Origin: Ascidiaceihabitans sp.
Lineage (GTDB): Bacteria > Pseudomonadota > Alphaproteobacteria > Rhodobacterales > Rhodobacteraceae
Length of the DNA stretch: 64,000 nucleotides
Assembly: GCA_047624005.1 (NCBI GenBank)
Contig: JBLHPE010000007.1
Span: forward strand, 5,663 to 69,662
Reading direction: 5' to 3'
Shown: positions 51,291 to 61,420 of the stretch, piece by piece
How the letters are laid out: each line of letters begins with the position of its first letter
Position numbering within the stretch: the first letter of the stretch is position 1
The notes under the pieces: model-generated
Database searches by the model: none
Seen by the model: only the letters and a program-made list of their open reading frames with translations
Told to the model about the DNA's origin: nothing
Translations under genes and position numbers: made by a program

Positions 51291-51429
51291 TCTAAAATTA
51301 CCGCATACCCTGTGAGATCAATAGTCTTGGTCCCAATTTCAGCGCCAGCATAGTGCAAAGTGCCAAGGGATGCTTATGATAATTTAACTGCTCCAAAACA
51401 GCGGCACTTCTTGGCGGTTACACGAAAAT

Positions 51430-52293
51430 CTATTCATAAAAATGCTGCCATTTCTTGTTAAGACGACGGAAACCATTCCTTTTGGCCATATTATAAAAGC
51501 CCACAGCTTTAGGGTGATCTTGCTCATGCAGCCGCGTTCCCAACTTTCGTAGATACCGAAAACCAAACTCTCGTTTCGCCCGAAACACGTTGCGCAAATC
51601 TGACGCATCAGCAGATCCACGCAGAACATAAAATAACGTTTCTTGAATTTTCATTTCTACCAGTGCCTGCAATCCGGCATGCCCCACGCCGTGCAAGAGA
51701 CAACGCGCGTAGCTGGCTGACTTGGGCAGACGAGATTCGTGTTTACGGTCTTGTTTGTGTAGTGGGTCATACAAGACAATATACTCTGTTGGACTGTCTT
51801 TCATATGCTTCGATAGGTCGAACTTCCAACCCTTCATTGCAGCCCATTGTGGGCCATAACGCCGTTCGAACCTGACCATGGCAGGGTCGATTGAAAACTG
51901 CGGCGATACGGCGACCGCGCGTTCTGCATCAAGCGTCTTTGCGCCAAGCAATGCGCCGTACCCACCCATACTAAAGCCATAGGACGTGATTTTCATGTGC
52001 GGACCAAGGAAGGCGCGGCACGCTTGCATAGCCGGAAAGAAGTCGTCGTTCTGATGCCAGTCTTCCGCACTGTGGAAGACACAGACATGTGCAATTTCTC
52101 GCTTAGAAAATGAGGCGGAGCCCCACCCCTCTACATCGTTAGAAAACGGGTAATCAAAAGGTGCAAATGCCACGACAACGCGTGGGTCTTCGGTGAGTGC
52201 TAAATCTTCAAGCAACGGACCGTTGTATTCTAAACGCATATGATCACCGTCGAAAATAATATGACGCACAAGGCGTGGCGGACCATCAGCCAT
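51430..52293 (-). CDS. Alpha/beta hydrolase-fold protein (possible glycan O-acyl transferase/esterase)
   Basis: YGFSMGGYGA nucleophile elbow, SPQ, YDP, GVGH; start overlaps the upstream GT stop. Confidence 0.7.
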   Translation of the reverse strand: MADGPPRLVRHIIFDGDHMRLEYNGPLLEDLALTEDPRVVVAFAPFDYPFSNDVEGWGSASFSKREIAHVCVFHSAEDWHQNDDFFPAMQACRAFLGPHMKITSYGFSMGGYGALLGAKTLDAERAVAVSPQFSIDPAMVRFERRYGPQWAAMKGWKFDLSKHMKDSPTEYIVLYDPLHKQDRKHESRLPKSASYARCLLHGVGHAGLQALVEMKIQETLFYVLRGSADASDLRNVFRAKREFGFRYLRKLGTRLHEQDHPKAVGFYNMAKRNGFRRLNKKWQHFYE

Positions 52294-53188
52294 CCGCTTC
52301 AAACTGCGCTAGATCAAACTTTGAAATCCGGCGAACGCCCACTGTGCTTTCCAACATATCCTTAGCAAGGCGCATACATTTCACTTCTCGCAAAACATCC
52401 ATGTTCCTGTAGTGGATCATCTTAATGTCTTTGTCTTCAGGCAGCGGTTCGCCACGCAAACTGCCACCTAAGATAAAGTGCTGTTCGTCAGGTAATAGAT
52501 TCCAATCCAACCCTGCCGCACGGATCGCCAATGGCAAACTCATCTGATCCAAATAGGGACGCTTTTTAACGATATCGATCTTGTCGATCATCTGCGCTAA
52601 GCGCATCCAAATTTGTGCAAATGTTTCACCAGTTGGTGCAACCGGACCTTCCGGAAAAACAATTAAACCAGCATTGAAATAGGGCATCAACTTTCGACGG
52701 CGTTGGCGCGCAAGCCAAATTCGATCTTCGGGTTTTTCAATGCCGCAAGCCGCATAAATATCGTTCCAAATCTTCTGGCCCGACCAATACATTGACGTCG
52801 CAGGCGCAACAGAGACATGGCCTTCCTTAAACATTTGATCGGTCGAGTTTTCGCCAATAAACAGCATATCGGAATCCATAAAAGCCGAAAATGGAGTGTC
52901 GCGCGGCTCAAGCGCTGCCAGCATTTTGTTGCCATGTGGATACGCAGGGTCAAAGCGGCCTTCCGTCTCGAACGACCGAATATCGACATCAAGTTTCTTA
53001 AACACACCCAGCGCTTTTTCATCCATCTCGCCAATGCTGGCACTTGGGCAATAGCCTACCAATTTAATCGGCTCTTTAAACTGTGTCCGTATAGAGGCCG
53101 CCAACAAACACCCCATATCTTGATATTTGGGTGGCTCGACGACAAAAAAGATCGTCAGCTTAGCCTCGCTGTTGTCATTCATACCCAT
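52286..53188 (-). CDS. Putative GT-A glycosyltransferase (GT8-like)
   Basis: LLAASIR, NK, FMDSDMLF (DxD), YFNAGLI, LDQ, HY. Confidence 0.65.
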   Translation of the reverse strand: MGMNDNSEAKLTIFFVVEPPKYQDMGCLLAASIRTQFKEPIKLVGYCPSASIGEMDEKALGVFKKLDVDIRSFETEGRFDPAYPHGNKMLAALEPRDTPFSAFMDSDMLFIGENSTDQMFKEGHVSVAPATSMYWSGQKIWNDIYAACGIEKPEDRIWLARQRRRKLMPYFNAGLIVFPEGPVAPTGETFAQIWMRLAQMIDKIDIVKKRPYLDQMSLPLAIRAAGLDWNLLPDEQHFILGGSLRGEPLPEDKDIKMIHYRNMDVLREVKCMRLAKDMLESTVGVRRISKFDLAQFEADG

Positions 53189-53231
53189 ATTCTCCCACAG
53201 GCATCACCGACACCACGTTTTTTGCCCGCTC

Positions 53232-54344
53232 TTACGTCTTGATTTGCGCAAGTTCTTCACGCACTTTTCCTACCACACCCTTACCGATTTGATCCCTTAA
53301 ATCGCGATCAGCTAGAAATTTGCACTTCTCCTGTGCACGTTTTGCAATAGCCTGACACTCATCTTGATGATTGGCGCACCAACGCATCATACGATCTACA
53401 TTTGCTTGATCCCGCCGGATGGGCACATAGTGTTCCCAAGGTTTGAAATGGTGCGTGGCGAAGGTTTCAAAATCACAATCAACCACCAGCCCAACGCTGC
53501 CACTGTTCATTGTCCAATAAAAGCTGGACCCAACGTCGTTGCCCGGTAAGACTAAAATGTATTTATAGTCCTGAAAGGCCTCACGGGGGATTTTTGGTCG
53601 CCCATAAGGATTGATGAAAGGTTCATCCGCCACAACAATTCCAGTAGCATCAGTATAGCCCACATCAAAACGAGGGTCATCGCTCCACTTCATCAAAAAC
53701 CGATAACGTGGCATCGACGATAGAATTGCCGTTGTTTCTTCAGCGCTAAACTCACCAGATTTGAATTTCCGCAACAGCGGTAACAACCTCATTGCGCGGG
53801 CCTGACCGGGCAATGACCCACGGTTGCCGGGGATTCCCCGCCAAACAGCCATGTCTTTTTTTGCATGCCAATCCACCCGACCTGGGTCAAGCTGGCCAAG
53901 GAATTCAGGATCATCTAGGTCATGATATTTTGGCAGCGGCCACAAAATATGACCCGTATCTTTACTAATTGGTCGATTGAATGCAAAAACCGGCGAAACT
54001 TGACCGTCTGGTAAAATCATATTTCGAGTACGATGATCTTGCATATCAACCAGAAAATCAAAATCTGCATTGGCTTTAAGTAAAGCCTTTAAAGCAAAGA
54101 CAATCTTCTCAGAATTCTTATGTTTGTGGTTTTTAACCCACCATTTTGCACGTGTTTCTCGTGCCGGCTGCCAGTCATTAAGCCCATGAGGTGAAGCCGT
54201 CGAATGATCCCACATTAAAGACATCTTACTGGAGGCGTTGGAAGCATAATTCTTGGCTTCCAACGATTGTGAAAGGCTGCGGTTGGACACATCACCCAAT
54301 TGATGGGCAATAGATAAATCTACAAATTCTTCCTTGGTGCCCAT
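53232..54344 (-). CDS. Glycosyltransferase family 90 (CAP10/LpsA-like)
   Basis: W..KKDMAVWRG, YKYILVLPGNDVGSS..W.M.SGS, KPWEHYVP. Start set at MGTKEE. Confidence 0.8.
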   Translation of the reverse strand: MGTKEEFVDLSIAHQLGDVSNRSLSQSLEAKNYASNASSKMSLMWDHSTASPHGLNDWQPARETRAKWWVKNHKHKNSEKIVFALKALLKANADFDFLVDMQDHRTRNMILPDGQVSPVFAFNRPISKDTGHILWPLPKYHDLDDPEFLGQLDPGRVDWHAKKDMAVWRGIPGNRGSLPGQARAMRLLPLLRKFKSGEFSAEETTAILSSMPRYRFLMKWSDDPRFDVGYTDATGIVVADEPFINPYGRPKIPREAFQDYKYILVLPGNDVGSSFYWTMNSGSVGLVVDCDFETFATHHFKPWEHYVPIRRDQANVDRMMRWCANHQDECQAIAKRAQEKCKFLADRDLRDQIGKGVVGKVREELAQIKT

Positions 54345-54570
54345 AGTACTTTTGTTTTTCCTGCCTATCAAACCGCCACATTTCAGCGACACCACAGCAG
54401 TTCCATCATTATTGCTTCCAACGATAATACGCTATCTGACGAAAACGGGTCAACCATAATAAGTCGGTTTCTACGGATAAGCCCATGACAATCGATGAAC
54501 TTAATTTCAAACGCTGTCTCTATAGGCTACTAACATGCGTAGTATGCTGCCTTGTTAGGAAATATCACCA

Positions 54571-55578
54571 ATGTCGATCGGTAATGAAAAGACTCTTATG
54601 CTAACGGTGATGCGTAACGAGGCACCCTATATTCTAGAATGGGCTGCTCACCATTTCACACTTGGCATTGATGACCTGCTTATTTTTACCAATTTCTGTA
54701 CCGACAATACTGACAAGGTTTTGGACCGCCTAGAAGTATTGATGCCCCATAGAGTCAAGCACCAGCCAAACCCCAAAGTCATGTTTCCTGATCGCGGAAT
54801 GTGGCACATTATGGCGCTGCGCTATGCTGGTCATTTCGGGCGTTATCGCGCAGCTGATTGGCTATACGTCACCGATGCGGATGAATTTCTAAACCTAAAA
54901 GACGACATCAACACGTTGGATGAATTGTTTGAGGCAACAGGCCCCGCGGACGCTGTTTCCTTTACGTCCGTTGCCTTCAACAGCAATGGACACAAGCACG
55001 CATCACTTGATCCCGTGACGCAAAGGTTCACACAAACCTCGACAGATTTTGGAGCCGCAGCGGCAACAGGCCAACCTGCATACACAGCCGTAAAAACCCT
55101 TTATCGCAATTCGATTGTTGGTCCCCGTCGCCCCCATCGCCCCGTCACAAAAGAGTTTTCAAAGACAGGCGCAAAGTGGGTAAATGGATCGGGCGCGCCG
55201 CTGCCTGCGGATTGGACCGATGGATCAGGAAAAGCTATTGACGGTAACGGCACACGCGATTTTGCCCAACTAAACCACTATGCGATAAAAAGCGCTGCCG
55301 AGTTTTTGCTGAAGGTTGATCGGGGCGATGCGGTTAACGCTGATCGACTTGGTGCGTCTGAAAAGTACTGGGCGCATGGGAATCGCACTGGTATCATGGA
55401 CAAAACCGGTGCCGGACTGTCGCCTGAGGCACAGGAAATGTACGATTATTTTCTGTCCGATCCCGAATTGCGCGCACTGCATGAAGAGTCGTTCCAATTG
55501 CGCGAAGCTCAGTTGGCTAATATTTTAAAGACTGAAGGTGGCGAAAATCTAGCGAAAGCTATTGGCTATTTCGACTGA
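54571..55578 (+). CDS. Glyco_tranf_2_4-type (GT2/GT92-like) glycosyltransferase
   Basis: MRNEAPYILEWAAHH, NFCTDNT, DADEF, QLNHYAIKS, K.DRG. Confidence 0.87.
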   Translation: MSIGNEKTLMLTVMRNEAPYILEWAAHHFTLGIDDLLIFTNFCTDNTDKVLDRLEVLMPHRVKHQPNPKVMFPDRGMWHIMALRYAGHFGRYRAADWLYVTDADEFLNLKDDINTLDELFEATGPADAVSFTSVAFNSNGHKHASLDPVTQRFTQTSTDFGAAAATGQPAYTAVKTLYRNSIVGPRRPHRPVTKEFSKTGAKWVNGSGAPLPADWTDGSGKAIDGNGTRDFAQLNHYAIKSAAEFLLKVDRGDAVNADRLGASEKYWAHGNRTGIMDKTGAGLSPEAQEMYDYFLSDPELRALHEESFQLREAQLANILKTEGGENLAKAIGYFD

Positions 55579-55580
55579 AA

Positions 55581-57380
55581 CTAGGCTGTTGGCGTGCGGT
55601 CCAGAATGATTACCTCTGGGATTGAAAGGTCTTCATTTGGCTGCATTTCAATCTTTATGCCCTTCGCACTTTGCCCATGAAACTCCCGCGCCGCGTTCCC
55701 AGTCAAAGCAACACGCTTTGCACTGCCAAAATTAATTTGAGCCAATAAGCCACTGCCAAGCTCTTCATAACTGATACGAACGACATCGGGTCTTACGTCA
55801 GCGATCAACGCGTCAATCGCAGCGATCGTTTTCTTTGGGTCATCTTTGTGAACGATCTGAATATTGGATTGCGCATAACGTTCACCAAAATCAAATGCGT
55901 TTCGTTCGAAAATACTGTCTGCGATTACAGTTCGTGAAGCGTTGTCTTCTTGCGCAACAACATGGGTGCGGCCCTGCAATTTACACGCATACATCGAGAG
56001 GAAATTGACCCCAGCCCCCAAATCCAAAAGGCGTTCACCATCCTGAACGACCCGTTCCGTCAGCCGCGCCAATTTGCGTTGGTATTTTCCGCGCATAACC
56101 ATGTCCAACATTGATGGCGCAAACACACGCACATCGGCGGGCACTTCGATATCATGGTTCGAAACCCAATCGACCGCGGATTCAACTGAAACATCAATAT
56201 CCCCCACGACAAACCCATCGCCACCTTCGGATGTATCACGGAACTCCGGTGATGGTTTGGTGCGGCGTTCTTCAATCGGTCGATCAGAGTTTTGCTTTTC
56301 GACACGTGACATCAGCGCTTTGATTTCATCAGGGTCCCGCGCCTTTGGCGGCTTCGCCTCAACCTGAGTGATCGGAATTTTACCAGCTTCAATCAATCCA
56401 GATTTTAGTTCTTCATAGGCTTCCGTCTTGCGGTAATCATCAAGCCTAGCTTCGACACGATCAAGTGCGTCAAAGTGTAGTTTGGACAAAACCGGGTCGG
56501 TCAGCAACCCGTCCATGATCGCCTTACGGCGTTCTTTGTAACGCAGAACCTTATCATCCAGCACTTCGTTTCGATCTTGAAGCGCCCAATAGTCAGAATT
56601 ATATTTGTCTTTTTTGTTGTTCACGTTGCCACGGAATTTGCGGATTGCGTAACTGTCCACGGACTTCACCGCATAATGGTTCAATTGCGCCCACTGATAT
56701 CCAACGGTGCGACGGATCGAACGCCAACCACGGAACTTGAAATAGTCCTCCATCGGCAGGCCAGATCCATTCAGCCATTTTACAGTATCAGGAAATTCAG
56801 TCTCAAGATGACGGTTTTTGATCGACGGGCGATGGATCCCCAGTTTCCAATAATCGTGGTCGAACTTAAAGAAAGTCTTTACGCCCCAGCCCTTGTTCCA
56901 AGTCGGCGGTGCCGCATAAAGATATTGTTCGGTGACTGGTTCACGGCTCCAATCAACAACATTACCAGACCCAAATATCCGCCAAGTGATAACGATGCCA
57001 TTGGCATCACCCGCCGCCGACAGCATTGGATCAAGTGTACCATCACCATAATTGATACACAGGAATTCATCCGCATCAAACATCAATACCCAGTCCGCTT
57101 CGCGCACCTTCGGTTCCGCTTGGGCATGTTTCATCGCAGAAGGCTGCGGCTTAACGCCTTCTGGAATATCGTTGCGACGATGATACCCCAGACCCAATTC
57201 TTCCAAACGTATCAACATATCGTCGGTGCCGTCAGAACAGTCATTGGTGTAGACAAGGATTTTGGTGAAGCCGACAGCAAGATGGTGGGCGTACCACTCC
57301 AATAGAAATGGCGCCTCGTCCTTCATCATCGAAATGGCCAGAAGGTTGCCGTGCGGACTTTTATGCGGTTTGAGTTTCAC
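55581..57380 (-). CDS. Glyco_tranf_2_4-type glycosyltransferase fused to an FkbM-like methyltransferase domain
   Basis: MKDEAPFLLEWYAHH, NDCSDGT, DADEF, LNHYAVKS; C-terminal LLDLGAGVNFLS. Confidence 0.82.
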   Translation of the reverse strand: MKLKPHKSPHGNLLAISMMKDEAPFLLEWYAHHLAVGFTKILVYTNDCSDGTDDMLIRLEELGLGYHRRNDIPEGVKPQPSAMKHAQAEPKVREADWVLMFDADEFLCINYGDGTLDPMLSAAGDANGIVITWRIFGSGNVVDWSREPVTEQYLYAAPPTWNKGWGVKTFFKFDHDYWKLGIHRPSIKNRHLETEFPDTVKWLNGSGLPMEDYFKFRGWRSIRRTVGYQWAQLNHYAVKSVDSYAIRKFRGNVNNKKDKYNSDYWALQDRNEVLDDKVLRYKERRKAIMDGLLTDPVLSKLHFDALDRVEARLDDYRKTEAYEELKSGLIEAGKIPITQVEAKPPKARDPDEIKALMSRVEKQNSDRPIEERRTKPSPEFRDTSEGGDGFVVGDIDVSVESAVDWVSNHDIEVPADVRVFAPSMLDMVMRGKYQRKLARLTERVVQDGERLLDLGAGVNFLSMYACKLQGRTHVVAQEDNASRTVIADSIFERNAFDFGERYAQSNIQIVHKDDPKKTIAAIDALIADVRPDVVRISYEELGSGLLAQINFGSAKRVALTGNAAREFHGQSAKGIKIEMQPNEDLSIPEVIILDRTPTA

Positions 57381-57400
57381 AGGTCTTGCCTAAGCGCGAT

Positions 57401-58207
57401 CTAGCGCAAGGCTTTAGAAGGATCGATGCCGATCTGTTCGCACATCCGCGCGGCATACGAACCAGGCAACGGCGCATTCTTTTCCCACCACGGTTTTGTA
57501 CCATTAGTGTACAAGTGCACAGACAACGTATTTTCGGTGAAGTGCCCTTCAACATTCCCATGCGGATCATAGAAAACATCATTCAACTGGAATGGCACCG
57601 GATACAAAACATCACGGTCGCTGGCCTTTTCAAACTGACCTGTTTGCTTGGCAAAATAGGTGAATGCTTGGGGGCCAAACGCAGTCCGCTCTGCATTATA
57701 AATGCGTGCAGCATGAGACAAGCTGGTGTCTTGGCGATCATATTTCTTACGCTGGTTCTTGTTCCACCACGCAGGATAATCAGGCAAGTTATCGTAATAA
57801 TCTAACAACTGATCCATCAATTCGCATTCTTGTGGCATACCAACGACACCACAGTTCAATGCCCCTGCCATGCCGTGGCGACCAAAGATATATTCGTCAT
57901 CTTCCGGGAAAGGTTGATGGCAAAATGCATCGCAATCGATCCAAATCGCACCCGTTTTTTGGATCATTTTGTAACGGAAAACATTCGATAAAAAAGATGC
58001 GCTTGTTGCTTCAATTAACTCACGGTCCAAATCCATAATCTCGGATGCGGGCCGCACCTCGATCCCATCAGGTACGTTTGAAACTGTGTCCGCACAATAC
58101 AGGATCGTTTCATGACCCTGCACAACATGCGACATAAGACATAATTGGTTTAAATAATGAAGCTTTTCACCAATCCATAGGGAGGCGACTGCGCGACGTT
58201 CACTCAT
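57401..58207 (-). CDS. GT32-like (DxD, Gb3/Lgt5-like) glycosyltransferase
   Basis: SLWIG, CLMSH, SNVFRY..I..TGAIWIDCD, FGPQAFT, VLYPV, VHL. Confidence 0.8.
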   Translation of the reverse strand: MSERRAVASLWIGEKLHYLNQLCLMSHVVQGHETILYCADTVSNVPDGIEVRPASEIMDLDRELIEATSASFLSNVFRYKMIQKTGAIWIDCDAFCHQPFPEDDEYIFGRHGMAGALNCGVVGMPQECELMDQLLDYYDNLPDYPAWWNKNQRKKYDRQDTSLSHAARIYNAERTAFGPQAFTYFAKQTGQFEKASDRDVLYPVPFQLNDVFYDPHGNVEGHFTENTLSVHLYTNGTKPWWEKNAPLPGSYAARMCEQIGIDPSKALR

Positions 58208-58371
58208 ACTACTGTCCTCTTGAATGACACTTTTCCAGTGTTCGTTTCCTTAATTTAAGATAGCGTAGCCACTTAGGCGTTGTAAACAAGGGCGTCGGTG
58301 ACAAGATTGACTTGTTGCTGGCACCGTGACAAAAAAATTCTGCTGTCTCGCAAAGAATTGGAGCCAAAAAC

Positions 58372-59394
58372 ATGAATATTCTGGCTGTGACATGCATGCG
58401 AGATGAAGCACCGTATTGCCTTGAATGGATTGCACACCATCGCGCCGCAGGCTTTAATGACTTCCTGATATTCACACATGATTGCACCGACGGAACGGAT
58501 GCGATGTTGGGTTTATTGCCCAATGTCACCCATGTTCCTTTTCAATCCATAGACGGAAAATCCCCGCAATGGCACGCCATGAAGCTAGCCGACAAGCATC
58601 CGCTCATGAAAGCCGCTGACTGGGCGATGTTTTTTGATTGTGATGAATTTCTATGCCTTGAAGCACCCATGCGTTCAGTCAGCGATCTTATTGGGTCAGT
58701 TCCGGCACACACCGATGCAATTGCCCTTCAATGGCGATTGTTCGGTTCTTCAGAACTTATCGACTGGAGCACCAGATCGACGTTGGAGCGGTTTGTAATG
58801 GCTGCACCGTCCGATTTGGCATTGCCTGCGGGCCACTTTTTTAAATCACTATTCCAACCATCGAAATTTCAAAAGCTGGGGGTTCACCGTCCCAAGAACA
58901 AAAAACTGCAACAGCCAAATTGGGTTTTAGGTGGCGTACAACCTGCACCAAAAACCTTTGTTGAGGACGACAGTCGAATAAACCTGTTTGGTTTGGCTTC
59001 AGAACCAATGACGGCTTGGCTGAACCACTACTCTACGCGATCTGTTACCGAGTTTATGATCAAACGAGAACGTGGCTTACCAAATCGGCAGACCAGGGAA
59101 ATAGATATAAGCTATTGGGCAGAAAGAAATTTCAATACGATCGCGGATCAAAATATCCGCCCAATGATACCCGCAACGCTGCTTGCGCTAAATGAGTTGC
59201 AAGGCTTGGATGGTGTCAAAAATCTCTTGGATATCGGCATAAAGACCCATCAAAGCGTTTTCGAAAACTCTATGAAAAATCGAAGTGAAGTTATGTTGTT
59301 TCTACATTTGTCCCTATTGTCCGGAAGCGAGGCCCCAACAAAAAAACAAATTGACCTCCACCTTGCAAGACTCACGAACGCGGCGAAAACCTAA
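58372..59394 (+). CDS. Glyco_tranf_2_4-type glycosyltransferase
   Basis: MRDEAPYCLEWIAHH, DCTDGT, DCDEF, WRLFG, LGVHRP, LNHYSTRS. Confidence 0.87.
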   Translation: MNILAVTCMRDEAPYCLEWIAHHRAAGFNDFLIFTHDCTDGTDAMLGLLPNVTHVPFQSIDGKSPQWHAMKLADKHPLMKAADWAMFFDCDEFLCLEAPMRSVSDLIGSVPAHTDAIALQWRLFGSSELIDWSTRSTLERFVMAAPSDLALPAGHFFKSLFQPSKFQKLGVHRPKNKKLQQPNWVLGGVQPAPKTFVEDDSRINLFGLASEPMTAWLNHYSTRSVTEFMIKRERGLPNRQTREIDISYWAERNFNTIADQNIRPMIPATLLALNELQGLDGVKNLLDIGIKTHQSVFENSMKNRSEVMLFLHLSLLSGSEAPTKKQIDLHLARLTNAAKT

Positions 59395-59424
59395 TAAAAG
59401 AAAGATCATATGTGCAGATGGGTT

Positions 59425-60351
59425 TTACAATTCTGCTAAATAAGGTGGGCTTGCACCTGATCGGGACACAGTAACAGCAGCCACCTTTGCGGCATACTCC
59501 AGGGCTTGAAATATTTCATCCCCAGTAACTTTTGCCAACGCAACTTTGTCCAATATGCCTAAGTTATAAAGTTTAGCCAAGAAACCTGCGTTGAATGTAT
59601 CGCCCGCACCAACGGTATCTGCCACAGTCACTTTAGGCACACTGACATTCACTACATTGCCACCTTTTAGATAAGCAGTCGCTCCCTTGCTGCCTTTTGT
59701 TAAAATAACGAGACCAGCACCTTTGTGGCGAAGACCCATAATCTTGGCGTCTAACTCGGTTGCCTCGGGCGAAATCCAATCCAAGTCCTCGTCCGAGATT
59801 TTTACGATATCAGCCACTCCGATCATTCGATCTAAGCGTGCGCGGTATGTAACTTCATCTTCGATGAAACCAGTGCGGATGTTTGGATCTATCATCAGAA
59901 TTTTGCGCGGCGCTTCACGTAGTGCCAAGTTTTCATAAGCACTAGCTGCAGGTTCGGCGCACAAACTTATACCGCCAAAGTAAACGACATTTACATCTGT
60001 CCCTACAGCAGGGAGGTTATCCACTTCGATCATTCGTCCTGCCGAGTTTTCATCATAAAACGTATATTGTGCATGACCATTTGTAATTTTCACAAATGCC
60101 AAAGTTGTCGGGCGCTGACTACGGATCAACAGATCAGTACCAACACCTGACGCGCGCAATTCCCGAACAAGCTGTTCGCCAAACAGGTCGTTAGAAACGC
60201 CGGACAGGAATTGAGCTGGCACTTCCAATCGACCCAAAGCAATGGCTGTGTTAAAAATTGCACCACCAGACAAAGGGGCATACGTCGTTTTGCCGTCGGT
60301 GCCCAAAACCGGAACCATATCTATAAGCGCTTCGCCGCAACACAATATCAT
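59425..60351 (-). CDS. PfkB carbohydrate kinase (fructokinase-like)
   Basis: MILCCGEALIDM, GGAIFNTA, DPNIR, DTVGAGDTF. Confidence 0.92.
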   Translation of the reverse strand: MILCCGEALIDMVPVLGTDGKTTYAPLSGGAIFNTAIALGRLEVPAQFLSGVSNDLFGEQLVRELRASGVGTDLLIRSQRPTTLAFVKITNGHAQYTFYDENSAGRMIEVDNLPAVGTDVNVVYFGGISLCAEPAASAYENLALREAPRKILMIDPNIRTGFIEDEVTYRARLDRMIGVADIVKISDEDLDWISPEATELDAKIMGLRHKGAGLVILTKGSKGATAYLKGGNVVNVSVPKVTVADTVGAGDTFNAGFLAKLYNLGILDKVALAKVTGDEIFQALEYAAKVAAVTVSRSGASPPYLAEL

Positions 60352-60379
60352 CTTATAAACCCCACCCGTAAAACCAGCT

Positions 60380-61420
60380 TTATTCGGGCAAACGCAAACC
60401 AGTCGATTTATCGAAAAAGTGGGCCAATTCAGGCTTGATACCAAAGCCAATCATTGACCCTTTTGCACCCTCCGGCGGCTTTTCCGTCTTCGCAATAAAC
60501 TCTACTCCGGTGGCTGTGCTAAGATGAACAAGCGCGTATTCACCCAAGTTTTCGACAAGCTCCAGTTTGCCATAAACAACTGCGGTCGCATCATCAGCGG
60601 GTGACAAATTCTCCGGACGCAACCCAACTTGTAGACTTGGGTCAATGGTGCGTCCAAGCAAAGCAGATGCGTTTTCGGTCAAGTCCGCCAGTTCAAAGAA
60701 ATTCATCTTGGGACTGCCAATAAACTGGGCCACAAATGCATTCTTTGGGCGCTCGTAAAGATCGATGGGAGAGCCGACTTGTTCGATACGTCCATCCCGC
60801 AACACAACGATCTTATCAGCCAGTGTCATCGCTTCGACCTGATCGTGGGTCACGTAAATCATGGTAGTTTTTAGACGTTCATGCAGACGGGCGATCTCCA
60901 ACCGTGTCTGAACACGCAGGGCCGCATCAAGGTTCGACAGCGGCTCGTCAAACAAAAATACCTCTGGATCTCGGACAATCGCACGGCCAATTGCAACGCG
61001 TTGGCGTTGACCACCGGACAGGTTGCGTGGACTACGATCTAGATAGTCAGTGATCTGTAAAATATTGGCGGCAGCGCTCACACGGCGCTCAATCTCTGCC
61101 GGATCAGTTTTGGCCTGTTTCAAGCCAAACGCCATGTTTTTGTAAACGGTCATGTGTGGATATAGTGCGTAAGATTGGAAAACCATCGCCACACCACGCT
61201 TGGAGGCAGCCACTTCGTTCACGACATCCCCACCAATGGCAACCGTGCCATCGCTAATCTCTTCGAGGCCTGCGATCATCCGCAACAATGTGGACTTCCC
61301 ACAACCCGATGGACCAACGAACACGACAAATTCGCCATCCTCAATATCAAGATCGACACCATGCATCACTTGTGTTGCACCATAGCTTTTGCGCACATTG
61401 CGCAGCGTCAGACCGGCCAT
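60380..61420 (-). CDS. Sugar/polyol ABC transporter ATP-binding protein (SmoK/MalK-like)
   Basis: [33 protein letters not shown]. Confidence 0.95.
   Translation of the reverse strand: MAGLTLRNVRKSYGATQVMHGVDLDIEDGEFVVFVGPSGCGKSTLLRMIAGLEEISDGTVAIGGDVVNEVAASKRGVAMVFQSYALYPHMTVYKNMAFGLKQAKTDPAEIERRVSAAANILQITDYLDRSPRNLSGGQRQRVAIGRAIVRDPEVFLFDEPLSNLDAALRVQTRLEIARLHERLKTTMIYVTHDQVEAMTLADKIVVLRDGRIEQVGSPIDLYERPKNAFVAQFIGSPKMNFFELADLTENASALLGRTIDPSLQVGLRPENLSPADDATAVVYGKLELVENLGEYALVHLSTATGVEFIAKTEKPPEGAKGSMIGFGIKPELAHFFDKSTGLRLPE

Noticed and set aside
56577-57305. 242-aa plus-strand ORF (also 48281-48904)
   Set aside because: They are antisense shadows of the GT and sulfatase genes.
45434-59424. 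Prophage or integrative element explaining the glycan island
   Set aside because: I saw no integrase, transposase, structural phage gene, tRNA or flanking direct repeat.
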